64,000 nucleotides of DNA, from assembly GCA_963827655.1 (NCBI GenBank), contig CAWHCF010000044.1:192001-256000 (forward strand), in the 5' to 3' direction. The stretch comes from an uncultured Acidobacteriota bacterium (GTDB lineage Bacteria > Acidobacteriota > UBA6911). The notes below the pieces were generated by a model. The model saw only the letters and a program-made list of their open reading frames with translations, was not told the DNA's origin and searched no databases. The first letter of the stretch is position 1, and every line of letters begins with the position of its first letter. The translations under genes and the position numbers were made by a program. Below are positions 1 to 9,102 of this stretch, one piece after another.

Positions 1-1
1 G

Positions 2-169
2 TTCTACTTCGTTGTGCGCGGCCACGCGGAATTCACGGTCGGCGACTCAACCGTGCAGGCAAGGACCGGCGAACTGGTGCTCTGTCCCGCCGGGACGCCG
101 CACGGGATCAAACGAGCGCTCGTCCGGACGACGATTCTCGTGGGGATTGCCCCGTGGCAGGCGAAGTAA
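2..169 (+). CDS. Cupin-domain protein, C-terminal fragment (5' end outside window)
   Basis: Frame 2 translated by hand: FYFVVRGHAEFTVGDSTVQARTGELVLCPAGTPHGIKRALVRTTILVGIAPWQAK*, containing cupin motif 2 (G-x-L-x-x-x-P-x-G-x-x-H). Not in the ORF track. Confidence 0.7.
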   Translation, partial: FYFVVRGHAEFTVGDSTVQARTGELVLCPAGTPHGIKRALVRTTILVGIAPWQAK

Positions 170-234
170 GCGCTGCGAAACAACTACCGCCAGGACACGA
201 AGAAACACCAAGAATTTTTCCAAATCAGCATCGT

Positions 235-598
235 CTAACGGCTCTTCTCGACCAGTATGACCTGCCCGTCGCGGAGCTCCACAGGAAGGGGCTCGAGCGC
301 CTCGCCATAACAAGGTCCCGAGAAACAGATTCCGCTTTCGGGAGAGTACACGGCGCCGTGGGTCTTGCAAATCAGGGCACGGTAGATCAATGGTAAAGAA
401 GTCATTGTCCTCGAGGTCGAGCGTGAGCGCCATGTGGGCGCAGCGGTTCTTATAGGCGTAGTACCGGCCGGAAAACCTGATAAGAAAGGCTTCAATGGCG
501 CGTCCTTCCTCGAGGATCCGAAACTTCAACGAAGTGCTGTCCGATAGCTCCTCTATCGGGCAAATCGGATCGCCCGGCTGAATCAATCGTAGCTCCAT
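235..598 (-). CDS. Rieske (2Fe-2S) ferredoxin-type protein, frameshift near 385
   Basis: ORF 47..616 gives N-terminal ..AYKNRCAHM (CxH). ORF 235..495 supplies ..LICKTHGAVYSPESGICFSGPC (CxxH). The two halves join at one indel. Confidence 0.8.
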
Positions 599-809
599 AG
601 TCAATGCCGCCTGCACGACTCGCCGAGGGCTTCCGGCTTGAAGTATCCATCTGAATCAACTCATATGGAAGCCACCGGTTATTGTAGAATTCTATCCCAG
701 CATGTCTTCGGAATTGATCCCTCTCCGCGTACGTCAAGAACGAGGATCGAGAGGCGATCTGGTCTGAAACAAACCATCAATTCCGCTTTCCACGAGGAGG
801 AGACGAATC

Positions 810-1241
810 ATGATCATGGCACCTAGACTTACTCTAAGCGATGCAAAGACAGTCGTGCAAGGGGCGGAGGCGAAAGCGGCGGAGATCGGGGTCGACATGG
901 ACATCGCTGTCGTCGATGACGGAGGCCATTTGCTGGCTTTCGTGCGCATGGACCAGGCGCGAGTGACCAGCATCGACGTAGCCATCAATAAAGCTTTCAC
1001 CGCAGCCTGTGCCCGCAAAGCCACCCATGAATACGCGAAGGTCGCCGGAGCCGGAGGTCCGGCGTTCGGAATACAGTCCTCTAACCAGGGGCGCTTCATG
1101 ATCGTGGGGGGCGGCCTGCCGATCTTCATCAAGGGGACCATCGCGGGTGGGGTCGGCTGCAGCTCCGGATCTCCCGAGCAGGATCGCGAGGTCGCCCAGG
1201 CCGGCATCGATCGGTTGATGACCACGCTGGGAGAGCCGTAA
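810..1241 (+). CDS. GlcG/HbpS family heme-binding protein (DUF336)
   Basis: IAVVDDGGHL..RMD, A.NKAFTA, GGGLPI..G.IAGGVGCSSG..EQD motifs; GAGGAG RBS upstream. Confidence 0.85.
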   Translation: MIMAPRLTLSDAKTVVQGAEAKAAEIGVDMDIAVVDDGGHLLAFVRMDQARVTSIDVAINKAFTAACARKATHEYAKVAGAGGPAFGIQSSNQGRFMIVGGGLPIFIKGTIAGGVGCSSGSPEQDREVAQAGIDRLMTTLGEP

Positions 1242-1364
1242 GACCCGCGCACTACGACAAGAACCACCCGCCAACGCCAGGAAAACAGCGACCGAATACA
1301 AATCCGGCGTGTCATCGCTTGATTAACCATTCTTGACCAAGTATTCTTTGCGAGTACAGGACTC

Positions 1365-2323
1365 GTGCCCGAAATCGTAAAGCCCCAAACCACTATGCGA
1401 CCTTCGTTGTTAAACCTGCTGGTTTCCCCTGATGCCGGAGCCCCGTTCACACTGGTAGATCCTATCTATCAGGACGATGAGATCTTTGAAGGGTTTCTGC
1501 TCGCCGACAGAACTGGGCAGAAATTCCCGATCAAGAACGGAGTACCCTACTTTGCGCCCCAGGCAGTCAATTTCAATCCTACCGCGCAGCGCTTCGGCTA
1601 CCAGTGGAAACGTCAGGCAACCGGCGCGTTTGAGAAAGAGACGATCTATGGGCAATCCGCCACTCAAGAGTTGGAGGGTTTTCTGCAGGCAACGCGTCTT
1701 TCGATAAAAGACCTTCCTGGTTTGCGAATAGCAGATATTGGGTGCGGCAGTGGCAGATTGTCAAGCAACCTGGCGGAAGCCGGCGCCGAGGTCGTCGCCA
1801 TCGACATCAGCGCCGCGGTCGAAGTGGTCCGGGCAGAAAGAGGTCATCTTCGCAATCTGCATGTAGTTCAGGCGGATTTGTTTCACCTGCCGTTCCGCGA
1901 CCGCTCGTTCGATGTTATCTGGTCGGATGGCGTGATCCACCACACGCCGAACCCTGCAGTAGCAGTCTCGGCGCTGGCGTCAAAGGTGGCAATGGGTGGC
2001 CGGCTCGCCATCTATGTTTACCCTCACGAAACGTCGATTTACAAGCTCGTTCGACGTTGGACGCCAGGGGTTAATCGCTGGCCAATTCCCATAGTGTCGG
2101 CCTACAGCGCGGTAACGGCCCCGTTCATCTATTTTCTCCGCATCCTGCCGGTAAGCGACAGCCATATCGCCAAGTCAAGTTTCACCTCTTCGACACGCTT
2201 GCCTGTCCCTACCTGTCAATGCACTCTCCGGCTGAAGTGACAAACTGGTTTGAGAGCAACCAGTTTTACAACATAACTATGATGCAGCCCCCGATAACTG
2301 CGCTCGGCATCAAACGAGGGTGA
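1365..2323 (+). CDS. Class I SAM-dependent methyltransferase with N-terminal Trm112-like domain, frameshift near 2160
   Basis: LLVSP..FPIKNGVP (Trm112-like), IADIGCGSG motif I, SDGVIHHTP. An alternative frame continues PYRQVKFHLFDTLACPY..EVTNWF..GIKRG* to 2323. Confidence 0.75.
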
Positions 2324-2451
2324 CGGATCCCCCGCTTGTACCGCCGATCTTGTCGCTTTCACCGCGAAATACTTGGTAGTCGCCGAATTTTAATCACCTG
2401 ATAAGACGCAGACGAGGATCGCGCCAGTCAGACCAGACGTAGTGAGCAATC

Positions 2452-2847
2452 GTGCATTCTCGAAGCGACCTCACAGAAGCGCTTCTCAATCTCATTCGAG
2501 GCAGCGGAGTCAGGCGCGGTTCACATCAGCTGCTCCTCGACGAGACTGACGCCACTCCCCTTTTCATCGAGTTATTGCTTGAAGAGAAATTTGAGCTTGC
2601 GCGAATCGAGGAAATCGCGATCGAGCCCGGAGAGAGGGTTCCGGCTTTCTACCTGGAAAAGGGCACCGCTCACTTCGGATGGGTCTTTTGGGAAGCGTTC
2701 TTTCCCGGGCGGATGCGGAAGATCTTCGGATCCGTTCATCGAAACGAGAAGGGAGATTGGACAATCATGTTAGGTCGAAAACAACAGGTCTATGCGAACC
2801 TGATTCTCAAGGAAGCGATGGACCTCGATCATCCCTCCGAGTTCTAA
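2452..2847 (+). CDS. Hypothetical protein
   Basis: 131-aa ORF with globular composition; no motif recognised. Confidence 0.55.
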   Translation: MHSRSDLTEALLNLIRGSGVRRGSHQLLLDETDATPLFIELLLEEKFELARIEEIAIEPGERVPAFYLEKGTAHFGWVFWEAFFPGRMRKIFGSVHRNEKGDWTIMLGRKQQVYANLILKEAMDLDHPSEF

Positions 2848-3324
2848 CCCGTAGCTACCTGCCGCTTTGTTCTTCCGTCGGTGCGGCTTGAGCCTTTTTA
2901 GCAGACAGGTGCCTAATAGCCTATAATTGATCGCTGCATTCAACAACAGCATGTAGCTTCCACTGGTTTCCATGCGCCAGAAGGGATTGTTGGTACAAGG
3001 GAAATTTGTCCTCGTATCCGTAAAGTAACCGGGCTCGTCCTGTCAGCGACCACCGAGTTCAAGATGCTCCCTCGAACCTGCAGCTGGCGCGTCTGAGTAA
3101 TGGAAAGCCCCGAGACCAGGCCATAGTCAAGGGGAATGGCACTGACTCCCGCCAAAGACTCCGTGGTTCGTAAATTGAATCGTTCCTTCCTCAGCGCCCA
3201 AAACGTCTTCGCAGCCGCGGGTCTGATCGCCACACCACATACCAGAACTGGACCCGAGCTTGATTTGATTTCACCGTGTTTCTATATTCTAATCATCAAC
3301 CGCCTTGGAACAGGGAGACCAGGG

Positions 3325-3723
3325 ATGCCTCTTCGGATCAATAATGAATCTTTTTGGGAGATTTCGGCAGCCTTTTTGCTCGATAGCCGCTTCCGCTTCG
3401 GCGACCGCCCAGCCGTCACCAAATTCGTATATCTCCCAACGGATGACGTGCTGGTCCTCGGAAGCGGGCGCGAAACCCCCAGCCACAAGGCATTGATGTC
3501 CTCTTACAAGGCCAAAGAGCTGACCGATACCACTCACTGGGTTCGAGGCATTGTTCTGAGGGACAAAAGAATCATCTACTATCGCCAGGGAGTCCAGGAT
3601 CTTGACTGGTACGCTCAGACAACCGAGATGTTAAAGCGAAACGGTCTGCCCGACAGCTATTCGATAGCCTGGGGACCCGATGCCAAGCAAAAGTTCAAGG
3701 ATGAACTAGCCGGATTTCCCTAG
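3325..3723 (+). CDS. Hypothetical protein
   Basis: Protein-like part of ORF 3136..3723 starting MPLRINNESFW; GGGAG upstream. Confidence 0.5.
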   Translation: MPLRINNESFWEISAAFLLDSRFRFGDRPAVTKFVYLPTDDVLVLGSGRETPSHKALMSSYKAKELTDTTHWVRGIVLRDKRIIYYRQGVQDLDWYAQTTEMLKRNGLPDSYSIAWGPDAKQKFKDELAGFP

Positions 3724-4124
3724 GATCGATCTTCGCGCCTTCGCCCTAGATGTGGTTTGCCCAGAATCTCAGGAAGATTGGCAGAGAATTTCGACCTTGG
3801 CACCACGTGATCACACCCGGCTTGAAGGGCCGCCTGCTCCAGTTCTACCTGGACGTGGGAGAAGAAGCCGAGGACCGGGGTATCCCTGAACTTCGGATCT
3901 GACTTGATCCGCCGGATCGCGTCCAGGGGCGAACAGGCTCGGCTGTTAAGATCCAGGATGATGAGTTCAGGAGTGGACGCTGCGAGTTTTTCCGACAGCT
4001 GCCCCGCATCGAGAGCCTGAATCAGTCGCACGCCTACCCTTTTCGCGACCTCCTCAATCTTGGCCGAGAAAAAGATATCGTCTACGGCTGCAAGGACAAT
4101 ACGATCAGTAGTCGGCTGGCTCAT
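3720..4124 (-). CDS. Single-domain response regulator receiver (atypical)
   Basis: AVDDIFF, PELIILDLN, IRRIKSDP..TPVLGFFSH, ALQAGCDHVVPRS. The canonical Lys-Pro is absent. Confidence 0.8.
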   Translation of the reverse strand: MSQPTTDRIVLAAVDDIFFSAKIEEVAKRVGVRLIQALDAGQLSEKLAASTPELIILDLNSRACSPLDAIRRIKSDPKFRDTPVLGFFSHVQVELEQAALQAGCDHVVPRSKFSANLPEILGKPHLGRRREDRS

Positions 4125-4241
4125 GATTCGCATTATAGCGCACAAGCAAAAGCAGCGAGACTCAGGATCCGCCAAATGAATTGCAGCTTGCCGCCTCGTG
4201 AAGCGGCTGATATAAGTAATACCCTTTCCAGTTCGAGACGA

Positions 4242-4937
4242 ATGCTGCGAGCCATTATCTTCGACTTCAACGGAATAATCTTGAATGACGAACCGCTGCA
4301 TTTCAGCTCCATGCGCGACGTCGTCGCCGCCTTCGGAATCACGCTTTCGGCGGAGGATTACTGGAATCGCTACCTTCCCTTCAACGACGAACACTGCCTC
4401 AAAGCCGTTTGCCAGGACCGCGGCCTCGAGCTGACCAGTCTCCAGCGCGACCAGGCTCTGAAAGAAAAATCGCGGCTTTACCACGAGCGGCTTCAGAATC
4501 GGTATCCACTCTTTCCCGGGGCAGCCGACTTTGTCCGGGCCGCGTCGCAACAATACCCGCTGGCTATTGCATCCGGCGCGCAAAAGGCCGACATCGAAGA
4601 GACCTTGCGGGTGACCAACCTCCGAGATTGCTTCCGCTGCGTCGTCGCCGCCGAAGACTTCAAGCTGGGCAAGCCGCATCCGGAAAGCTTCCTCACGACG
4701 CTCGAGCGGCTCAACATTCACCTCGATGGACTTGTCTCTCCCATCCAGCCGCGCGAGTGCCTGGTCATCGAGGATGCCGTGGCAGGTGTCCAGGGAGCCC
4801 GCGCCGCGGGAATGGTATGTCTCGCGGTAAGTAACAGCTACTCACGCGAGCGTTTGTCTCAAGCTGATCGCGTGGTGCCTTCTCTGGAGGAACTCGATCT
4901 GGCTAGCCTGCAAATTCTTTTCGAGGATAAGAAGTGA
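4242..4937 (+). CDS. HAD-family phosphatase (beta-PGM/CbbY-like)
   Basis: IIFDFNG (motif I, DxN variant), IASG, GKPHPE, VIEDAVAGVQGARAAGM. Confidence 0.85.
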   Translation: MLRAIIFDFNGIILNDEPLHFSSMRDVVAAFGITLSAEDYWNRYLPFNDEHCLKAVCQDRGLELTSLQRDQALKEKSRLYHERLQNRYPLFPGAADFVRAASQQYPLAIASGAQKADIEETLRVTNLRDCFRCVVAAEDFKLGKPHPESFLTTLERLNIHLDGLVSPIQPRECLVIEDAVAGVQGARAAGMVCLAVSNSYSRERLSQADRVVPSLEELDLASLQILFEDKK

Positions 4938-5776
4938 TTGCATCCGCCCTGCGCGCAAGGCAGACCTTTGCGGACCTCGCTTCTCTCGAGGAAAGCGTGT
5001 TCCCGCTGGACCGGGTAGCGCTGGCCATCGCGCTCGGAGAGTACCCGGACCTGGATTTCGAACATTACTTGCGCCATCTGGATACCCTTGCGGCGCGAGC
5101 GGAGGTCCTGTTCGGTGAGGACCGCACGGCCATCAATGTGGTGGAGAGTTTGAACGAAGTGCTTTTCGTTCAGGAGGGTCTCCACGGCAACACTCAAGAT
5201 TACTATGATCCGCAAAACAGCTTTCTAAACCGCGTCCTGGATTCCAAGAATGGGATCCCGATCTCGCTGTCCGTGATCTACATGGAAGTGGCGCGGCGTA
5301 TCGATTTCCCCATCGAAGGCGTGGGCCTTCCGGGCCACTTCATCGTGAAACACACAGACAGGGAACGCGTCATCCTGCTGGACCCCTTCAACCAGGGACG
5401 TATCCTCACAATGGATAATTGTCAGGAGCTTCTCGACCGTGTCTATGGCGGTTCCGTGACTATGAATCCGACGCACCTTCACGCTATCACCAAGAAGGGA
5501 ATCGTCTCGCGCATGCTCTTCAATTTGAAAGGCATCTACTACCAGAAAGAGGAGTATCACAAAGCGCTGGACACCGTGGAACGCATCCTGCTGCTCAATC
5601 CGGGAACCCTCTCGGAGATACGCGACCGGGGCTTGCTCTTCATGCAAACGAGTCTCTTTTCCAAGGCTCTGGCCGATCTCGAGTATTACATGGCGCACGC
5701 CAGCGCGCCTGAGGACGGCACCTACATCGAAGGACATATCAAGACGCTGCGCGCCATCGTCTCCTCGAGCAATTGA
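4934..5776 (+). CDS. SirB1-family transglutaminase-like protein with C-terminal TPR
   Basis: YYDPQNSFLNRVL..GIPISLS, GVGLPGHF, DPFNQG, EIRDRGL. Confidence 0.9.
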   Translation: MIASALRARQTFADLASLEESVFPLDRVALAIALGEYPDLDFEHYLRHLDTLAARAEVLFGEDRTAINVVESLNEVLFVQEGLHGNTQDYYDPQNSFLNRVLDSKNGIPISLSVIYMEVARRIDFPIEGVGLPGHFIVKHTDRERVILLDPFNQGRILTMDNCQELLDRVYGGSVTMNPTHLHAITKKGIVSRMLFNLKGIYYQKEEYHKALDTVERILLLNPGTLSEIRDRGLLFMQTSLFSKALADLEYYMAHASAPEDGTYIEGHIKTLRAIVSSSN

Positions 5777-5799
5777 GCGGAGCCGCGTGTAACTGAAAG

Positions 5800-6807
5800 T
5801 TACTTCAGCGGAAGCGCCACAACTTCACCCGGGCGCGTTGCGTCACCATAAGCCACTTCTACAGGAGTACCGGGCTTGAGGAATTCCGTCTTCACTACCG
5901 CGAGCGCCAGCGGCTGCTGCAACCTTGGAGAAGCGATGGCGGAAGTAATCGCTCCGATTTTGCTGCCGCCTGAAAAAACCTCGGCGCCTCCGGCCGGGAT
6001 GTCCTGATGCCTGATTGTGATCGCTCCTAACCTGCGGTCGAGATGCCCGCGATGCGTGATCCGGGCGACGATTTCCTGGCCGCGATAACATCCCTTGGTC
6101 ATGCTGATGGCATGATCGAGACCCATCTCCATGGGAAGCGTCTTCTCGTCCATGTCAACTCCGTACCATGGGATTCCCGCCTCCGTCCTGAGCCAATTCA
6201 GTGCCTGGAGTCCCACGGGAGGAATCCTGCCGCTTTCAAGCCAGCGAGGCCATAAATCCGAGACCTCACCGGCCGGAACCCAAAGATCATATCCGTCGCA
6301 ACCCGTGCGATCACGGCGGACCACGACCCAATCACCTGACGAACGGGGGATCGTCCGATGCTCGAGAGTCGAAAGCGATGCCAGCGATATGCCGGCGACC
6401 TCCTCCATCCTTTCTCTCGCTCGTGGTCCCTGCAGGGAGAGAACGCCGAGTTTCTCCGTCCAGTCCTCAACCGTGACAATGTCGGAAACGATGTACTTTG
6501 TCAGAGTCTGGAACAGGCGGTCCTTGCCTGCAAGCGATGATTCCAACCACAGCTCTTCAGCAAAAGCGAGCGCGTATGCATCCGCTTCCATTCGGCCCTG
6601 GTGGGTCAAAAGAGCGGCGTAACAACCCTGCCCCTCTCCAAGTCCCTTGATGTCGTTGGACAGCATGTTGTGAAGATAGCGGACGCGATCCCGCCCCGAA
6701 ACACGCAGCTTTCCGAGGTGGCCCAAGTCCAGTCCCCCGACATCTTCTTTGACCGCACGGTACTCCTTCAGCGGGTCTTCTCCGTATTGCTCCACGACCG
6801 GCCGCAT
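5800..6807 (-). CDS. ygfZ: YgfZ/GcvT-family folate-dependent aminomethyltransferase-like protein
   Basis: KGCYRGQEIVARI signature (KGCY-x-GQE); VSGRDRVRYLHNMLSND. Confidence 0.8.
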   Translation of the reverse strand: MRPVVEQYGEDPLKEYRAVKEDVGGLDLGHLGKLRVSGRDRVRYLHNMLSNDIKGLGEGQGCYAALLTHQGRMEADAYALAFAEELWLESSLAGKDRLFQTLTKYIVSDIVTVEDWTEKLGVLSLQGPRARERMEEVAGISLASLSTLEHRTIPRSSGDWVVVRRDRTGCDGYDLWVPAGEVSDLWPRWLESGRIPPVGLQALNWLRTEAGIPWYGVDMDEKTLPMEMGLDHAISMTKGCYRGQEIVARITHRGHLDRRLGAITIRHQDIPAGGAEVFSGGSKIGAITSAIASPRLQQPLALAVVKTEFLKPGTPVEVAYGDATRPGEVVALPLK

Positions 6808-6823
6808 GATTTTCCCCCTCGAG

Positions 6824-6903
6824 AATCAGGGACGTCCCCCTGGTCCTGGTTTCCTCGACATTAGCTTGAGCAAAACAGGGAAACTAGGGGGACGTCCCTG
6901 ATT
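6824..6903. repeat. 18-bp perfect inverted repeat (REP-like) between divergent genes
   Basis: AATCAGGGACGTCCCCCT (6824-6841) / AGGGGGACGTCCCTGATT (6886-6903). Confidence 0.75.
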
Positions 6904-6939
6904 TTCCCTGCTATAATTTTGCGCTTGGAGTTCACGAAA

Positions 6940-7305
6940 ATGGGACCTTTTCAAAAACATGTTTTCGTCTGCACCAGCGGCGCCACCTGTCCCGTAGAGG
7001 GCAACTCCCAGAGCGTACATGCCCGGCTCAAGGAGCTGGTAAAAAATGCGGGCCTGAAAACAACCATCCGCGTCAATAACTCCGGGTGCATGGATCAGTG
7101 CGGGAACGGCCCCATGATCGTGGTTTATCCCGAAAACGTCTGGTACTGTCATGTGCGGGTCGAGGACGCCGATGCGATCTTCGAGGAACATCTGGTAGGG
7201 GGCCGGCCGGTCGAAAGATTGATATACCGTCCTCTGAAGCCAGGCGCCAACAAGATCTGCAAAGAAGAACCTCCGACCTCCGACAGTTCAAACCGGCAGC
7301 CTTGA
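6940..7305 (+). CDS. Thioredoxin-like (2Fe-2S) ferredoxin
   Basis: HVFVCTSGATC...SGCMDQCGNGPMIVVYPENVWY...EHLVGGRPVERL. Confidence 0.9.
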   Translation: MGPFQKHVFVCTSGATCPVEGNSQSVHARLKELVKNAGLKTTIRVNNSGCMDQCGNGPMIVVYPENVWYCHVRVEDADAIFEEHLVGGRPVERLIYRPLKPGANKICKEEPPTSDSSNRQP

Positions 7306-7449
7306 GGCTGCAACCAGACGAGATCTTCTTCGTGTCTTCGCGTCTTAGATCCTATGTAGGGCGGCAGCTCGCAGGGTCGAAAGAGCGGGCCGTTCTTGGT
7401 AAGCTCCTTTTGGGTTTAGTTGTCTAATCCAAAACAAAAAGGAGAAACT

Positions 7450-8605
7450 ATGACCAAGACGACCCGCAACCAACAGTATAGCGATATTCGACCGACATTG
7501 TTTATGGCATTTGAGCTAGGGATGTCGGAATGGAAACTGGGGTTCACGATTGGGCTGGGGCAGAAGGCGCGAAGGCGCACGGTAACAGCCGGCAACCTTG
7601 AAAAAGTACAGAGGGAGATCGTGGCCGCCAAGAAACGGTTCCAACTTCCGGAGACGGCCGAGGTGGTGAGCTGCTACGAAGCAGGGCGGGATGGGTTTTG
7701 GCTGCATCGATACTTGACGCAGTCTGGGATCGGGAACCTGGTGGTGGACTCAGCGAGCATTGAAGTGAACCGGAGAAAGCGGCGAGCTAAGACGGATCGC
7801 ATGGACGTGGAGAAGTTGCTGACCATGCTGATTCGGTATCAGTACGGAGAGCACAGGGTCTGGAGCGTGGTGCGAGTACCTTCGCCCGAAGAGGAAGATA
7901 ACCGGCAGTTGAATCGAGAGCTGCGCAGCCTGAAGAAGGAGAAGACGCGGACCACCAATCGCATCAAGGGACTACTGGCGAGCCAGGGGGTCAGGCTTGA
8001 GCCTGGGAAGGAGCTGTCGGACAAGAAACTGGACTCGATCAGGTTATGGGATGGCTCGCCATTGCAGCCGGGGTTAAAAGGCCGCCTGCAGCACGAGTGT
8101 GCGCATGTGGTGTTTTTGAAGCGACAGATCCTGTCGCTGGAGGGGGACCGCAGGCGCGAACTCAGAGAGGGAGAGAACCCGGACCTGGACCAGGTTCGCC
8201 AGCTTGCGTCTTTGCGCGGCATTGGTGTCAACGGCGGTTGGGTGCTGGTGCGAGAGTTCTTCGCCTGGAGGGAAGTTTAACAACCGGCGCGAAGTGGGGT
8301 CGCTGGCGGGCCTGACGCCGACCCCCTATCAGAGCGGGGAATCGAGGCGGGAGCAAGGGATTAGCAAAGCCGGCAACCGTCACGTCCGGGGGGTAATGAT
8401 TGAGCTGGCCTGGTCTTGGGTGCGCTTCCAGCCCAAGAGCAAGCTTACTCAGTGGTTCGAGGAGCGTTTCGGCGGTGCGGGCAAGCGCGTCCGTAGGGTT
8501 GGAATAGTGGCTGTGGCACGACGCCTGCTGATCGATATGTGGAAGTTCCTCGAGACCGGAGCTCTGCCCGAGGGCGCGCAACTGAAAAAAGTAGTAGTCG
8601 CTTAG
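7450..8605 (+). CDS. IS110 transposase/recombinase, frameshift near 8273
   Basis: RuvC-like LFMAFELG..CYEAGRDGFWL..KTDRMD. The second frame gives FNNRREVGSLAGLTPTPYQSG (catalytic Ser) and ISKAGN..IVAVARRL. Confidence 0.92.
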
Positions 8606-9044
8606 ACGGAGAGAAACCAGAACGTGAGAACGTTCGAGACCTAAACAGCCTATGAAACCTCAGGTGTTGTTTTCCTCTTGCGGCCATTGTGCTCCGGCCG
8701 GCCCCAGCGGCGTCAAGGCTAAACCCTTTGGGCGCGCTGTGCGCGGCCTTGACCCCGCGGGCCGACCGGAATTTTTGGCCGCTAAGAGGAAAACAACGGA
8801 GAGTAAACCAACTTCTCGGCATGGTGGGACTGCCCGAAAATACCACTGGTATCCGTTTTGGAACCGGTTCCTAGATGGGGCGTCCCGAAAGCGCTCGCAC
8901 ATTTTTCGCCACCGCGCGAATACAGGATTGGGTGTCCGATCACTACACGATCGGCACGGATAGAAGTTTCATTCGGGGTCTATCCCCGAATCAGACACCG
9001 AGCCACCAGCTGCAGACGTAACCAAGGAGGTCAACCGAAGGAGC
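8606..9044 (+). ncRNA. Putative bridge RNA / seekRNA in the IS 3' non-coding end (exact ends unknown)
   Basis: Long hairpin 8666-8797. Stem with internal loop 8826-8886 carrying the target match AAATACCACT. Stem with internal loop 8917-8975 carrying the donor match ATAGAAG. Confidence 0.8.
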
Positions 9045-9068
9045 TTGACACCCAAGACTACATAGAAG
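9045..9068 (+). promoter_or_regulatory. Outward-facing -35 (TTGACA) at the IS right end; candidate circle-junction promoter
   Basis: TTGACA at 9045-9050. On circularisation it lies 17 nt from GATCCT (9068 plus 7349-7353), a weak -10-like hexamer upstream of the transposase. Confidence 0.6.
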
Positions 9069-9102
9069 TGGTATTTGTTCCGCAAGCAAGCTTGCGCCAG
9101 TC

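Larger units (their letters stand above)
7349..9068 (+). mobile_element. IS110-family (IS1111-type) insertion sequence, about 1.72 kb
   Basis: Sub-terminal inverted repeats CTATGTAG (7352-7359) / CTACATAG (9058-9065). AG core at both junctions (7347-7348, 9067-9068). Removing the element restores the repeat CTTCGCGTCTTAGTGGTATTTGTT. Long 3' non-coding region. Confidence 0.9.

Noticed and set aside
2850-3320. ORF 2940..3233 (-) or an ncRNA in this gap
   Set aside because: No motif, no convincing RBS and no clear fold. It may be a decayed gene fragment but cannot be supported.
4242-4275. DxN in HAD motif I as inactivation
   Set aside because: The nucleophilic Asp and the other motifs are intact, and the variant alone is not enough to claim novelty.
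8262-8285. Programmed frameshift in the IS110 transposase
   Set aside because: There is no slippery heptamer, IS110 transposases are single ORFs, and similar indels occur throughout the window.
8652-8963. ORFs in the IS 3' end as a passenger gene
   Set aside because: They coincide with extensive RNA hairpins and guide loops, and their composition is not protein-like.
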